24,049 nt of DNA from Candidatus Iainarchaeum sp. (GCA_017610205.1 JAFCCL010000013.1:1-24049), one strand, 5' to 3'; shown: positions 1 to 8,608, counted from the stretch's first letter. Made by a program: numbers and translations. Notes: generated by a model not told the origin, from the sequence alone.

Positions 1-869
1 CAGAAAACACTGCAAGCCTAGTATTGCAAAACACATCAGGCGGAAAAATCACAATCAATTCCATCACATTTTCCGGAGACATAGGCGACACCCTAACAGG
101 CTACACACTAAACAGGCAAACAATAGACCCAACAACAGACTTCCCGCTCGAACTAACTCCAGGAACCGAAATCCTATTAGAAAATCTTGCAGTCCAAAAA
201 AACGGAGAAAACAGCAGCATATTCATAGAATACACTGATGCAACAGGCTTGGACAGAAAAACAGAAATCAAATCAGGAAACGGAGGGCCACCAGGACTGG
301 CAGCAGCATACTGGTTCAACGAAGGAAACGGAACACAAACAACAGACACAAGCGGAAACAAAAACACAGGAATCGGCTTTGACGGGACAGATTATGTTGA
401 TGTAACAAAAATAGGAGTCTGGAACAATCTCTTTGATGACGACAAAGATTTTACTATTACTGCATGGATAAAAGCTTATTCACTAACACACTCCAGCATT
501 GTTGGTCAAAGATATGGTGATTCAATGGTTTTTGGATTACGCAACACAGGAAAACTTTTCCTTAATATGGATGATACCAGAGCTAACAGCCCTGAAAGCA
601 CAAGTGCTCTTACCATAGATAATTGGCACCACATAGCAGTTACTTTTAGCGATTATAGAAACGCTAGTTTTTATATTAATGGGTCTTTTTCAGGTTCAGG
701 AATTGCCAATGACGAAATATCTCCACAAAACAATTTATTCATTGGATGGCAATCCAGATTTGACGTAGGATCTCCAACATATTTCAACGGCCAAATTGAC
801 TCAGTAAAAATCTACAACCGTGCATTAAGCGCAGCAGAAATACAAGCAGAATACAACAGAGGCAGTTAA
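1..869 (+). CDS. Pilin-like scaffold + LamG/concanavalin-A-like jelly-roll surface protein (5' end outside window)
   Basis: Frame is open from base 3 (ENTASLVLQNTSGG) and matches the paralog at 981 (ENTAGLVLQNITGG). LamG motifs: YWFNEGNG..TTDTSG, FTITAWIK, NWHHIAVTF, YING, FNGQIDSVKIYNRALSAAEI. Confidence 0.85.
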   Translation, partial: ENTASLVLQNTSGGKITINSITFSGDIGDTLTGYTLNRQTIDPTTDFPLELTPGTEILLENLAVQKNGENSSIFIEYTDATGLDRKTEIKSGNGGPPGLAAAYWFNEGNGTQTTDTSGNKNTGIGFDGTDYVDVTKIGVWNNLFDDDKDFTITAWIKAYSLTHSSIVGQRYGDSMVFGLRNTGKLFLNMDDTRANSPESTSALTIDNWHHIAVTFSDYRNASFYINGSFSGSGIANDEISPQNNLFIGWQSRFDVGSPTYFNGQIDSVKIYNRALSAAEIQAEYNRGS

Positions 870-942
870 CAAAAAAACTACAACATGATTTCTCCACTAA
901 AACAAAAAAAAAATAAGAACCAAAACAACCCCCCCCAAAAGC

Positions 943-980
943 ATTAAATTACACCACAAACATACAATAATAGACCAACA
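943..980 (+). promoter_or_regulatory. Conserved upstream/promoter block shared by adhesin paralogs (second copy ~2759-2795)
   Basis: attaaattacaccacaaacatacaataatagaccaacaATG vs attaattacacttaaaacatacaataataggtcaaaaATG. Confidence 0.6.
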
Positions 981-2105
981 ATGAACCAAAAAGCTCAGGC
1001 TAGCTTGGAATACTTAATGACTTACGGCTGGGCGCTTGTAATAATTGCCAGTGTTGTTGGAGTGCTTGTTTTTGTCATAAACCCAACTTCTGCTACAGCC
1101 AGTTTTTCAAGCTCTGACCCTTCAAAAATCATGCTAAAAGGAAGCTCAATAACAGAAAACACAGCAGGTCTTGTATTGCAAAACATAACAGGCGGAGCAA
1201 TTAAGGTTAATTCCGTTCACTTTTTTGGAGATTTGGGCGCCGGAAGCAACTGGGCTTTGAACGGCGTTTCTCCGAAAGATTTTCCAATTGAGGTTTCTGC
1301 CGGCAGCGAAATGCATTTTAAAAATCTTGTTTCACAAAACAACTGCACTAATGGCGGTTCTATTGTCCTATTCTATTCAGATTTTGCCGGGTTTGAAAAA
1401 AGAGCTGATATTTCATGCAATAGCGGCGCCAAAATGCCTATTGTCTGGTACAGGTTTGATGAAGGCAACGGTGAAATTGCAAGCGACAGCAGCTGGAATG
1501 AAAATGCTGCAACCCTTAATGGAAATCCGCTTCCAACTTGGGCAAAAGAATGTCCATCCAATGATTGCATTAGCTTTGTTGGAACAGCCAGCAACTATGC
1601 TATAAGTCTAAACACAGTTGAAATTCCAACCAAGTATACGGTTATAGAATGGGTTAAAGGAGAGCTTGCTAACCAAAACGGAGCTCAAAACATTTATGGA
1701 ACAGGATGGGATAGCAAAATCGCTTTTCGCCATGCTTCGGTTGGCACGAACCCGGTAACAGGTTTTTTAATAAGAGATGCTTCCGATACAACTTACTACA
1801 ATGTTTCGGCATATTCATCAACCCATTTAGACGGCTTGTGGCACATCCTTGTTGCAACAGTGGACAGGGAAATCCTTGAAGTAAATGTTTACCTTGATGG
1901 GGCTTTGTTAAAAAGTCAAACAATACCGAGCCATTACTCTGGATCAAGGAGGCTTATAGTAGGGTCTTTTAGTACTGGTTATGGTCTCCTTTACGGCTTG
2001 AATGACGAGGCCAAAATTTATGACAGGATTCTAACAAACTTTGAGATTTGTTCCCTTTGCCTAGAACACAATCCAACAGAAACAACCTGCAATTGCACGC
2101 CCTAG
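981..2105 (+). CDS. Class III signal peptide (archaeal pilin-like) protein with C-terminal LamG-like domain
   Basis: N-terminus MNQKAQ/ASLEYLMTYGWALVII followed by a hydrophobic helix. LamG motifs WYRFDEGNGEIASDSS, WHILVATVD, VYLDG, GLNDEAKIYDRIL. Cys-rich tail. Confidence 0.88.
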   Translation: MNQKAQASLEYLMTYGWALVIIASVVGVLVFVINPTSATASFSSSDPSKIMLKGSSITENTAGLVLQNITGGAIKVNSVHFFGDLGAGSNWALNGVSPKDFPIEVSAGSEMHFKNLVSQNNCTNGGSIVLFYSDFAGFEKRADISCNSGAKMPIVWYRFDEGNGEIASDSSWNENAATLNGNPLPTWAKECPSNDCISFVGTASNYAISLNTVEIPTKYTVIEWVKGELANQNGAQNIYGTGWDSKIAFRHASVGTNPVTGFLIRDASDTTYYNVSAYSSTHLDGLWHILVATVDREILEVNVYLDGALLKSQTIPSHYSGSRRLIVGSFSTGYGLLYGLNDEAKIYDRILTNFEICSLCLEHNPTETTCNCTP

Positions 2106-2168
2106 AATTTGGGGTTTGGTTTCTTAGCACTGGTTGCATTAATGCCTCTACTTTCCTGAAAACTTTTA

Positions 2169-2236
2169 GGCTCTGTAAAAATCATTTTATAAAAGCGCAT
2201 TTGAATGCCTTAAACCGACATTTTTTGCTGGCAAAA
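2169..2236. repeat. Degenerate ~65 bp non-coding element downstream of adhesin genes (second copy 3961-4022)
   Basis: Both copies share ggctctgt..aaatcatttt..aaaa...atttgaatgcctta...ggcaaaa. Confidence 0.6.
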
Positions 2237-2291
2237 TAGTTGTAGGGATTCATAAACAAAACACAGAACTTCTATACCGCCAAACTAATTG

Positions 2292-2610
2292 TGTTGTCCT
2301 GAATTAATGTTCCTTCTGCATTTTTTGTGCATGGTTATCACTTTAAGGCTTTGTCTTCGTAGGCTTCGCATGGTGTTCTGAGGTAGCCATTTTCTAGGGT
2401 TATGTGGGACCGTCTGTAGTTGTAGTAATTGACTGCTTTTCGTAACATACCGAAGTGCTTTTTGAGCTTTTTGATTGTGTCAAACCATTTTTCAAGTTTG
2501 CCGTTTGTTTGGGGATGTCTAACTCTGGCTTTGATGTGCTTTATACCTAACTCGTTCAAGCGTTTTTGAAATACATTGTCTTTTGGGTTTTGGCAGCTTT
2601 GTCTTATGAC
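2292..2610 (-). mobile_element. Truncated IS481-family (rve/DDE) element: transposase C-terminal fragment plus probable right end
   Basis: ORF 2338-2640(-) contains FQKRLNELGIKHIKARVRHPQTNGKLEKWF..YYNYRRSH..L...TP, typical of the integrase-core C-terminus. The N-terminal HTH and catalytic Asp residues are absent. A TGT-starting candidate terminus (tgttgtcctgaattaatgttcc) begins at 2292. Confidence 0.8.
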
Positions 2611-2623
2611 TGAGTTAGACCGC

Positions 2624-2701
2624 CTCATGGACAACGCCAAAATCTACAACCGTGCACTCTCTGCAGCAGAAATACAGTCAGAATACAACAACAGCAAGTA
2701 A
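2624..2701 (+). pseudogene. Orphan 3' tail of a LamG adhesin gene
   Basis: Translates as LMDNAKIYNRALSAAEIQSEYNNSK*, close to the C-termini of 1-869 and 23425-24049; it abuts the IS fragment. Confidence 0.85.
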
Positions 2702-2795
2702 CAAAACCCCGGCACACTTTTTCCACATCCAAAAAAAAGGCAAAACCCTTCAAAAAGTATTAATTACACTTAAAACATACAATAATAGGTCAAAA

Positions 2796-3923
2796 ATGAA
2801 CCAAAAAGCACAAGCAGGATTAGAATACTTAATGACTTACGGCTGGGCGCTGGTAATGGTTTCTGCAATCATAGGCGCACTAATATTAATCACAACACAC
2901 ACAACCAACACAACCACCTTTTCAAGCTCAAACCCAACAAAAATCATGCTAAAAGGAAGCTCAATAACAGAAAACACTGCAGAACTTTTGTTGCAAAACA
3001 TAACAGGCGGAGCAATTAAGATTAATTCCGTTCACTTTTTTGGCGATTTGGAAACTGGCTCAGATTTTAAAGTTAATGGAGCCATACCTGCTTTTCCAAT
3101 TGACATTACAGCCGGCGGTGAAATGCATTTTGACGGACTTGCTTCGCAAAACAATTGCGGTTCCGGTGGCAGCATTTTTGTACTTTACTCCGATGCTTTT
3201 AATTTTGAAAGAACTGTTGAAATTAAGTGCAACGGCGGTGCAACATCCAGTGTTTTAAATGCTTGTGATTATACAACTTGGACACTTGGACAAGGAAGCG
3301 TTGGAGGATTTAGCAAAAATGGAACAGACACTGAAAATTGGAGAATTATGGGCGAAGACCCATGGGGCAAAACCACTATTGTCTGGGAAGCAAGGCCTGA
3401 CGATGCAGGTAATGCAAGCGGTGGATGGAACTACTATCTTCCAATTGATAACACCAAACTATACAGATTTTCTGTCTGGGTTAACAGAACAGTTTTGGGA
3501 GCTAATGGAAGGTTTTATTTTGGAACCACAGGCTATGGGGCGGTCTATGGCGTGACTAGATTATCTGATGAAACCATACAAACTAACCCCTATTTTTATA
3601 CTAGTTCATCTCCCCCTTCATCTACTCAACTGCCAGAGGGAGAATGGGTTTTGGTTGTAGGCCATGTTTTTCCGCATACTCATACAGAAAATTTAAATCA
3701 CCCTGATTCAGGAAGATATACACTAAGTGGGCGCTTGGGAAATATAGCTAACGACTACAAATGGCTGCCTGGAACCACAGGCAGCAGACACAGAACTTAT
3801 CTTTATTATGCCACAGACATTTCAGCAAGGCAGCAATGGGTTTATCCGCGAGTTGACGTGATAGATGGAACAGAGCCATCAATAAATGAATTATTAAATG
3901 GCTTTGATTCATTCATAACATGA
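2796..3923 (+). CDS. Class III signal peptide protein with the same scaffold as 981-2105 but a different (non-LamG) beta-rich C-terminal domain
   Basis: Start moved to ATG 2796 (MNQKAQAGLEYLMTYGWAL) by paralog alignment. The first ~150 aa are highly similar to 981-2105. The C-terminus has GGWN..IDNTKLYRFSVWV, NPYF, EWVLVVGHV, HRTYLYY, PRVDVIDGTEPSINELL. Confidence 0.85.
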   Translation: MNQKAQAGLEYLMTYGWALVMVSAIIGALILITTHTTNTTTFSSSNPTKIMLKGSSITENTAELLLQNITGGAIKINSVHFFGDLETGSDFKVNGAIPAFPIDITAGGEMHFDGLASQNNCGSGGSIFVLYSDAFNFERTVEIKCNGGATSSVLNACDYTTWTLGQGSVGGFSKNGTDTENWRIMGEDPWGKTTIVWEARPDDAGNASGGWNYYLPIDNTKLYRFSVWVNRTVLGANGRFYFGTTGYGAVYGVTRLSDETIQTNPYFYTSSSPPSSTQLPEGEWVLVVGHVFPHTHTENLNHPDSGRYTLSGRLGNIANDYKWLPGTTGSRHRTYLYYATDISARQQWVYPRVDVIDGTEPSINELLNGFDSFIT

Positions 3924-4279
3924 AAACATTTTTACATGCTGGTGTTATGCGCAAGCTATGGGCTCTGTTGAAATCATTTTTAAAACAAAATTTGAATGCC
4001 TTACCCAAATTGTTTGGCAAAAGCAAATACAGGTATATGGCATTAATGGAATCTATTAACTCATTCATCAAACCTATGCTTGGTAGCTATGCTTGGCTTT
4101 GGGCAGGCAGGCAATCGCCAAAAACAGGCAATAATTAAGGCAATTGCTTGCAATTTGGAGTTGGTTGGCTGAAGCATAAAATTGTGGTTTAGTTATAAAC
4201 TGCCAGGGATTTCTACTCTGCCAGGTTATCCAAAATCCTTAAATACTTCTTTCTGCCTTTTAATTCCTGAGGTCTTATA

Positions 4280-4831
4280 ATGGTTAATTGTAAAGGACAG
4301 GAGTCTGCCCCGTTTGAATTGCTTATTTCAGTAATTATAATGGGTTTTGTTATTTTTGTTGGTTTGATTGCAATGAACCAGTTGAATGAACAAAAATGCA
4401 TTAATGAAACAAGGGCAAAGCTTGAAGAAATGAAAACCAAAATTGAAACAGTTGTTGCTGAAAGAAGCCCGCAAAAAATAACATTTCTTCTAAACACCTG
4501 TTACAATCCCAAAGACGAAGATGTAAAAATACAGGACCATGGAGAACCTGCATTTTGTGCAGAATACTGCGGTGCAACCAAAAACCTTTGTACGCTTTTG
4601 CAGTATTATTACAGTGGAGTAAATGACACAGGCGGTCAATCTGAAAGGCTTTGCCTTAACATAAGTCCTGATGCCGATTTTCCAACAGCCGGTGGAAACT
4701 GCCCTGACAAAGAAGGCTACGAACTTGTTGACTTCAGGGACGAAATTGTACAGGGGCAATACCTTTTGGTTAACAAAACAGGCGTTACAAGCACATTTCC
4801 AACAGTATGCGCTTACCTAAAAACAAATTGA
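4280..4831 (+). CDS. Class III signal peptide (minor pilin-like) protein, Cys-rich
   Basis: KG/QESAPFELLISVIIMGFVIFVGLIAM followed by an amphipathic helix; multiple Cys in the extracellular part. Confidence 0.75.
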   Translation: MVNCKGQESAPFELLISVIIMGFVIFVGLIAMNQLNEQKCINETRAKLEEMKTKIETVVAERSPQKITFLLNTCYNPKDEDVKIQDHGEPAFCAEYCGATKNLCTLLQYYYSGVNDTGGQSERLCLNISPDADFPTAGGNCPDKEGYELVDFRDEIVQGQYLLVNKTGVTSTFPTVCAYLKTN

Positions 4832-4867
4832 TGTTTATGCTTTGTATGGTAGGGAGATTGATTAAAC

Positions 4868-5560
4868 ATGATGGGTTTTACTTTAAGTAAGCTAAATCTT
4901 TTGATTTTGGTAACTGTTTTGTTTTCAATAGTTTCCTTTTTCCTGTTTGCCCTTACAGGAATTGTTGTAGGAAACCTTGCCCAGCTTATGGTCAAGGACT
5001 ATTCCGAATCGGTTTTTGGGCTTGTTGGAGGAGGTGATGACAAGCTCTGCCACACAACAACTGTAACAATTCCTGAATCCCTTAAGTATTTTGGCGGAAT
5101 GACTCCAACCCAGTATTTTTTTTATGTAATGAACATAAAGCGTTTGCCAAAAGAATTTGAGGAAGGAAAGCTAAGCACTCTTATTTTTCAGATTGCAAGC
5201 AGAAAAGAGCCTGATAAAATAATTGCCACAAGTAGCATTGACATAAATGCAGAAATTATTTTCTATGACTGGGAAACAAAACCTGAAGACAGGCTTGTTG
5301 AAAAGGACTCAATAACCCTTGACCCAATGTCAATTGGAATTGCTCCAAAAAACAGCATGTATTTAATCAAAGAAGTTTACAACGGAAAAACATATCTTCA
5401 TGTAATTTCCTGCTCTTCATCTTCCAGCCAGTGTCTTGTAAACCTTGACAGAGCTTCCTGCTGGCTTTCAACCTGTGAAGATGCAGATGAACGGCGTGAA
5501 TCATCCTGCTTTCCAAAGCCGGAAGAGTGTGTTTCAAAAATAAACTGCGGAGTTGAATAA
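4868..5560 (+). CDS. Pilin-operon membrane-anchored protein with Cys-rich C-terminus
   Basis: N-terminal hydrophobic helix, GGAG-type RBS upstream, operonic with class III signal genes. Confidence 0.7.
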   Translation: MMGFTLSKLNLLILVTVLFSIVSFFLFALTGIVVGNLAQLMVKDYSESVFGLVGGGDDKLCHTTTVTIPESLKYFGGMTPTQYFFYVMNIKRLPKEFEEGKLSTLIFQIASRKEPDKIIATSSIDINAEIIFYDWETKPEDRLVEKDSITLDPMSIGIAPKNSMYLIKEVYNGKTYLHVISCSSSSSQCLVNLDRASCWLSTCEDADERRESSCFPKPEECVSKINCGVE

Positions 5561-6125
5561 ATTGAAGCCAAAGAATTTGCCAGGAATCAAAAGCTCGTTG
5601 CCTGATTCCAAAAGCTCAAAAGGTTTTCTTGGACCTATTGGAGACGATCTTCCATCTTTAATTCCTTTGATTTTTGCCCTGATGATGTTTTTTTACGTTT
5701 TTACTTTTACCTGGAATATTTTTGACCAACGAAGCATGGCTTTTGATGACGCAATTTCAGTTCTGCGGGTTGGAAACACTTTGAAAGGAGGCAATTATCT
5801 TAGAGGATTTAATATGTTCAACCAAAGGTGTGCAGAGGCTCAAAATATTAGGGGTGTAAAATTTATGGCAGGATTGCTTCCGCTTTCAACTGGCCCCGGC
5901 CAGGAATTTATTGGTCTTGATGTTGAAACCATTGAATCTGATTTTTTTATTGATGGTGGTGAAAAGTTTATCTGCAGCAATGTAAATCTTGGAGAAGAAA
6001 AACCAGGGCTTGAAAGCTCAAACCTTTTTATAAGATCTTTCCCTTTAGCTCTTGAATTTTCTAATACTAAAACAGGCACATTTTATGTAAGACCAATGCT
6101 TTTGGTGGTGGTAACATGGCATTAA
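5553..6125 (+). CDS. Putative class III signal/pilin-like protein
   Basis: SKG/FLGPIGDDLPSLIPLIFALMMFF hydrophobic helix; terminal beta-strand LLVVVTW; overlaps both neighbours. Confidence 0.7.
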   Translation: MNKLKPKNLPGIKSSLPDSKSSKGFLGPIGDDLPSLIPLIFALMMFFYVFTFTWNIFDQRSMAFDDAISVLRVGNTLKGGNYLRGFNMFNQRCAEAQNIRGVKFMAGLLPLSTGPGQEFIGLDVETIESDFFIDGGEKFICSNVNLGEEKPGLESSNLFIRSFPLALEFSNTKTGTFYVRPMLLVVVTWH

Positions 6126-6874
6126 AGCCAATTGCTTGCAACAGAATGCTAAAGCCATTAACTAATAAAAGTCAGCCAGGCTTTCTTAATTCAAAAGGTC
6201 AGGCGGCACTTACAGATGCGCTTTACTTTCTTCTCATAGTTTCAATAATCTGCACAATGCTGTTCTTTTATGCCTCAAATTATGGGCTAACGCTTCAGGA
6301 AAAAGTATCAAACCAGTACTGGAAAGAATATGCCACCGGAGCCCTTGAAACAATATTGTACTCAAGCACTCCAAGAATAGCGGGACATTCACTTGACAGT
6401 ACACCTGAAGTGGATTATTTGCTTGCAGCTGTTAAGGAAGACTTTGCAGAAAATGGAAAAATTGAGGAAACTGCTGAAGTGCTTAAGCAAAACATTAAGG
6501 GAATAATGCAGCCTATTGCCCCTGGTTTTGATTACATGTTTTACTTTTACCTCTTTGACGCAAAAGAATTCGCATTTGTAATGCTTTATACAAGGGATGC
6601 ACCAACACTTGGCGATGCAGGAATTGAACACGGTGATGCCAAAATATTTTTCTGCAATCCTCCATCCCTCAACACTCTTGAAAAGCTTGTGGAAGGAATA
6701 GGTGCAAGCGCTCCAAGCAATGCAAGGGTTCAGTTCATTGAAATCAGTGAAAGTGACATTCCTGGCTATCCTCCTGCAGAAGTAAACCTTACAATGTGGA
6801 TTCCAACCCCTCTTGATTCTGAATTGCTTGACGAACTCAATTGTGAATTAAATGAAACAATTCCATCTTCTTAA
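6116..6874 (+). CDS. Class III signal peptide (pilin-like) protein
   Basis: SKG/QAALTDALYFLLIVSIICTMLFF; last gene of the operon. Confidence 0.75.
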   Translation: MALKPIACNRMLKPLTNKSQPGFLNSKGQAALTDALYFLLIVSIICTMLFFYASNYGLTLQEKVSNQYWKEYATGALETILYSSTPRIAGHSLDSTPEVDYLLAAVKEDFAENGKIEETAEVLKQNIKGIMQPIAPGFDYMFYFYLFDAKEFAFVMLYTRDAPTLGDAGIEHGDAKIFFCNPPSLNTLEKLVEGIGASAPSNARVQFIEISESDIPGYPPAEVNLTMWIPTPLDSELLDELNCELNETIPSS

Positions 6875-6977
6875 ATCTAAAACTCAATTGTGAATTAAAT
6901 GAAACAATTCCATCTTCTTAAATCTAAAACTCAATTGTGAATTAAATGAAACAATTTCGTTTTTTTTTTAAATCTAA
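6834..6977 (+). repeat. 47-bp tandem repeat x3 spanning the stop codon
   Basis: aactcaattgtgaattaaatgaaacaattccatcttcttaaatctaa at 6834-6880 and 6881-6927 (identical) and 6928-6977 (poly-T variant). Confidence 0.95.
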
Positions 6978-6995
6978 AAATAGGTTTGTTCTGAG

Positions 6996-7763
6996 TTATT
7001 TTTTTATTTTCTTTCCACAGCCTGGGCAGACAAATGTTTTAACATTTCCAAGCACTTCTACTTTTTTTGCGCATTTTTCACAAAAAGCAGTTCCGCATTC
7101 AGGGCAAAAAACAACGGCTTCGGTTTCAGCACCGCATTTTGGGCATTTGTTTGAAGCGCCTGATTTTTCTTCCATGCTTTCAAGCCCTTCCAGACTAAAT
7201 TCGTCTTCGCCAATTTTTTCAAGCTCTCCAAGTTCACCGCTTTCTTTTTCGCTTTTTTCAGTTGAAAAAAGGTCTTCAACACTCATTCCTTTAATTTGTT
7301 CACTGCTAAGGCCAATTTCTTCTTTAGGTGCTTCAAATTCTTTTTCTTCAACCTGCTTTTTTTCGTGACCTGGCCTGACGTGTTTTCTTTTCTTTTTGCC
7401 TGTTTCAGTTCCTTCAACACTGCTTTTTTCTCTTGGTCTTTTTCCCTTTTTTCTTTCAAGCCTTTCAATTGCCTTTTTTCTTCGTGCTTTGTCTTTTAGC
7501 TGTGCGTAAATGCTTTCAGCAATGCTGTCGTACTCTTTTTTTTCAGGAAGCCTTTTGTGCTGTTCCTTGAATTTTTGAACCTCTTCCATTGCAAGGCTGG
7601 TTGCAATTTCCTTGCTTGACATTTCCTTGCCTGAGGTTCTTTTTTCTTCTGGCTTTGGGCTGTAGGAAAACTTGTTTTCATCAATTCCAGTCATTGCCTC
7701 GTCAGTTGGTTCAATGCCTTGTCTGTCAAACCTCTGCAGCCTTCTTGGAGTTTTTTTGCCCAT
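6996..7763 (-). CDS. Charged (K/E-rich) protein with C-terminal double zinc finger (4x CxxC)
   Basis: Start moved to ATG 7763 (MGKKTPRR) because the upstream extension runs through a repeat array. C-terminus CPKC..CPEC..CEKC..CPGC. Confidence 0.8.
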   Translation of the reverse strand: MGKKTPRRLQRFDRQGIEPTDEAMTGIDENKFSYSPKPEEKRTSGKEMSSKEIATSLAMEEVQKFKEQHKRLPEKKEYDSIAESIYAQLKDKARRKKAIERLERKKGKRPREKSSVEGTETGKKKRKHVRPGHEKKQVEEKEFEAPKEEIGLSSEQIKGMSVEDLFSTEKSEKESGELGELEKIGEDEFSLEGLESMEEKSGASNKCPKCGAETEAVVFCPECGTAFCEKCAKKVEVLGNVKTFVCPGCGKKIKK

Positions 7764-7785
7764 AAAATCAACAACACTTTCCTTG

Positions 7786-7885
7786 ATTGCAAAAACAATT
7801 GCATAAATCCAATTGCAATATAATACTTCCATTGCAATGCAATAATTCAATTGCAAAACAATACTTCAATTGCAATGCATTTATT
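7786..7885. repeat. ATTGCA(A) array with 19-bp period (imperfect 38-bp duplication)
   Basis: ATTGCA at 7786, 7798, 7812, 7831, 7850, 7869; 7810-7847 resembles 7848-7885. Confidence 0.85.
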
Positions 7886-8173
7886 GAGAGAAAATAGGGC
7901 TTTATTGTTTTTAATTGTTTTGAAAAAAAAGAATGAAAATTGAACCTTGTGATAAGGCCAAAAATTATAGAAAATTGTGTTTTTTGCTAATAAAAAACAC
8001 CATTTTATTGTTATATCAATTAATATAACAACTATTTTTAAGCTTTTTGTCTATCCGAAATTTGGAGCAAATTCTCAGCTGTTGGGCAAAACGGAATTTT
8101 GGGGTTTCGGCCAAGCAGGCTGATCGCTTTTTTTAGTGGGATTGTGTTAAGGCAATGTTGAAAATGCTTTTTT

Positions 8174-8608
8174 TTATTTTCTTTCTTCAAGAAATTGTCT
8201 TGCTTTTACTATTTTTATTCCATTGAATTCTTTTAGTTTCAGCAGGTGGCAGTCTCCTGTAATAATGTAGCCTGCTTTTGCTTCTATTGCTGTTTCAATA
8301 AATTTGTTGTCTGATTTATGTTCAACCACATTTACTTTTACTTTTGTGGTTAATTGGATTGAGTTGTTTAAGTAATGTTTTATAATAAAGTTTCTTGCCT
8401 TTTGGAATGTCCTTTTGGTAGTTTCTTTCCTGTTAAAAACCTCTTTTATTTCGCTGATAATTTGTTTGCTTGTATAATTTTCTATCTTGCCAAGGACAAG
8501 TTTTTCAAATATTTTTGCCGGAGCGCCTTCTCTTGCAATTAGGGCTGAGACAACAATGTTTGTGTCAAGCACAACAATTGGCTTATCTTGTTTTGTGAAC
8601 GATTTCAT
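8174..8608 (-). CDS. vapC: PIN-domain toxin (VapC-like, PIN_3 type)
   Basis: VVLDTNIVVSAL ... E ... SDNKFIETAIEAKAGYIITGDCHLL. Confidence 0.92.
   Translation of the reverse strand: MKSFTKQDKPIVVLDTNIVVSALIAREGAPAKIFEKLVLGKIENYTSKQIISEIKEVFNRKETTKRTFQKARNFIIKHYLNNSIQLTTKVKVNVVEHKSDNKFIETAIEAKAGYIITGDCHLLKLKEFNGIKIVKARQFLEERK

Noticed and set aside
2652-2795. 48-aa N-terminal extension of ORF 2652-3923
   Set aside because: It runs through the orphan LamG tail in another frame and through intergenic DNA; paralog alignment fixes the start at 2796.
1-3923. Diversity-generating retroelement acting on the adhesins
   Set aside because: No reverse transcriptase in the window. Differences between the repeated 3' tails are not confined to adenines of a template copy, so there is no TR/VR signature.
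6834-6977. CRISPR array
   Set aside because: Units are contiguous with no unique spacers and derive from a gene end; no cas genes.
7764-7856. N-terminal extension of the zinc-finger ORF
   Set aside because: It lies in the TTGCAA repeat array and starts at a TTG; ATG 7763 is more plausible.
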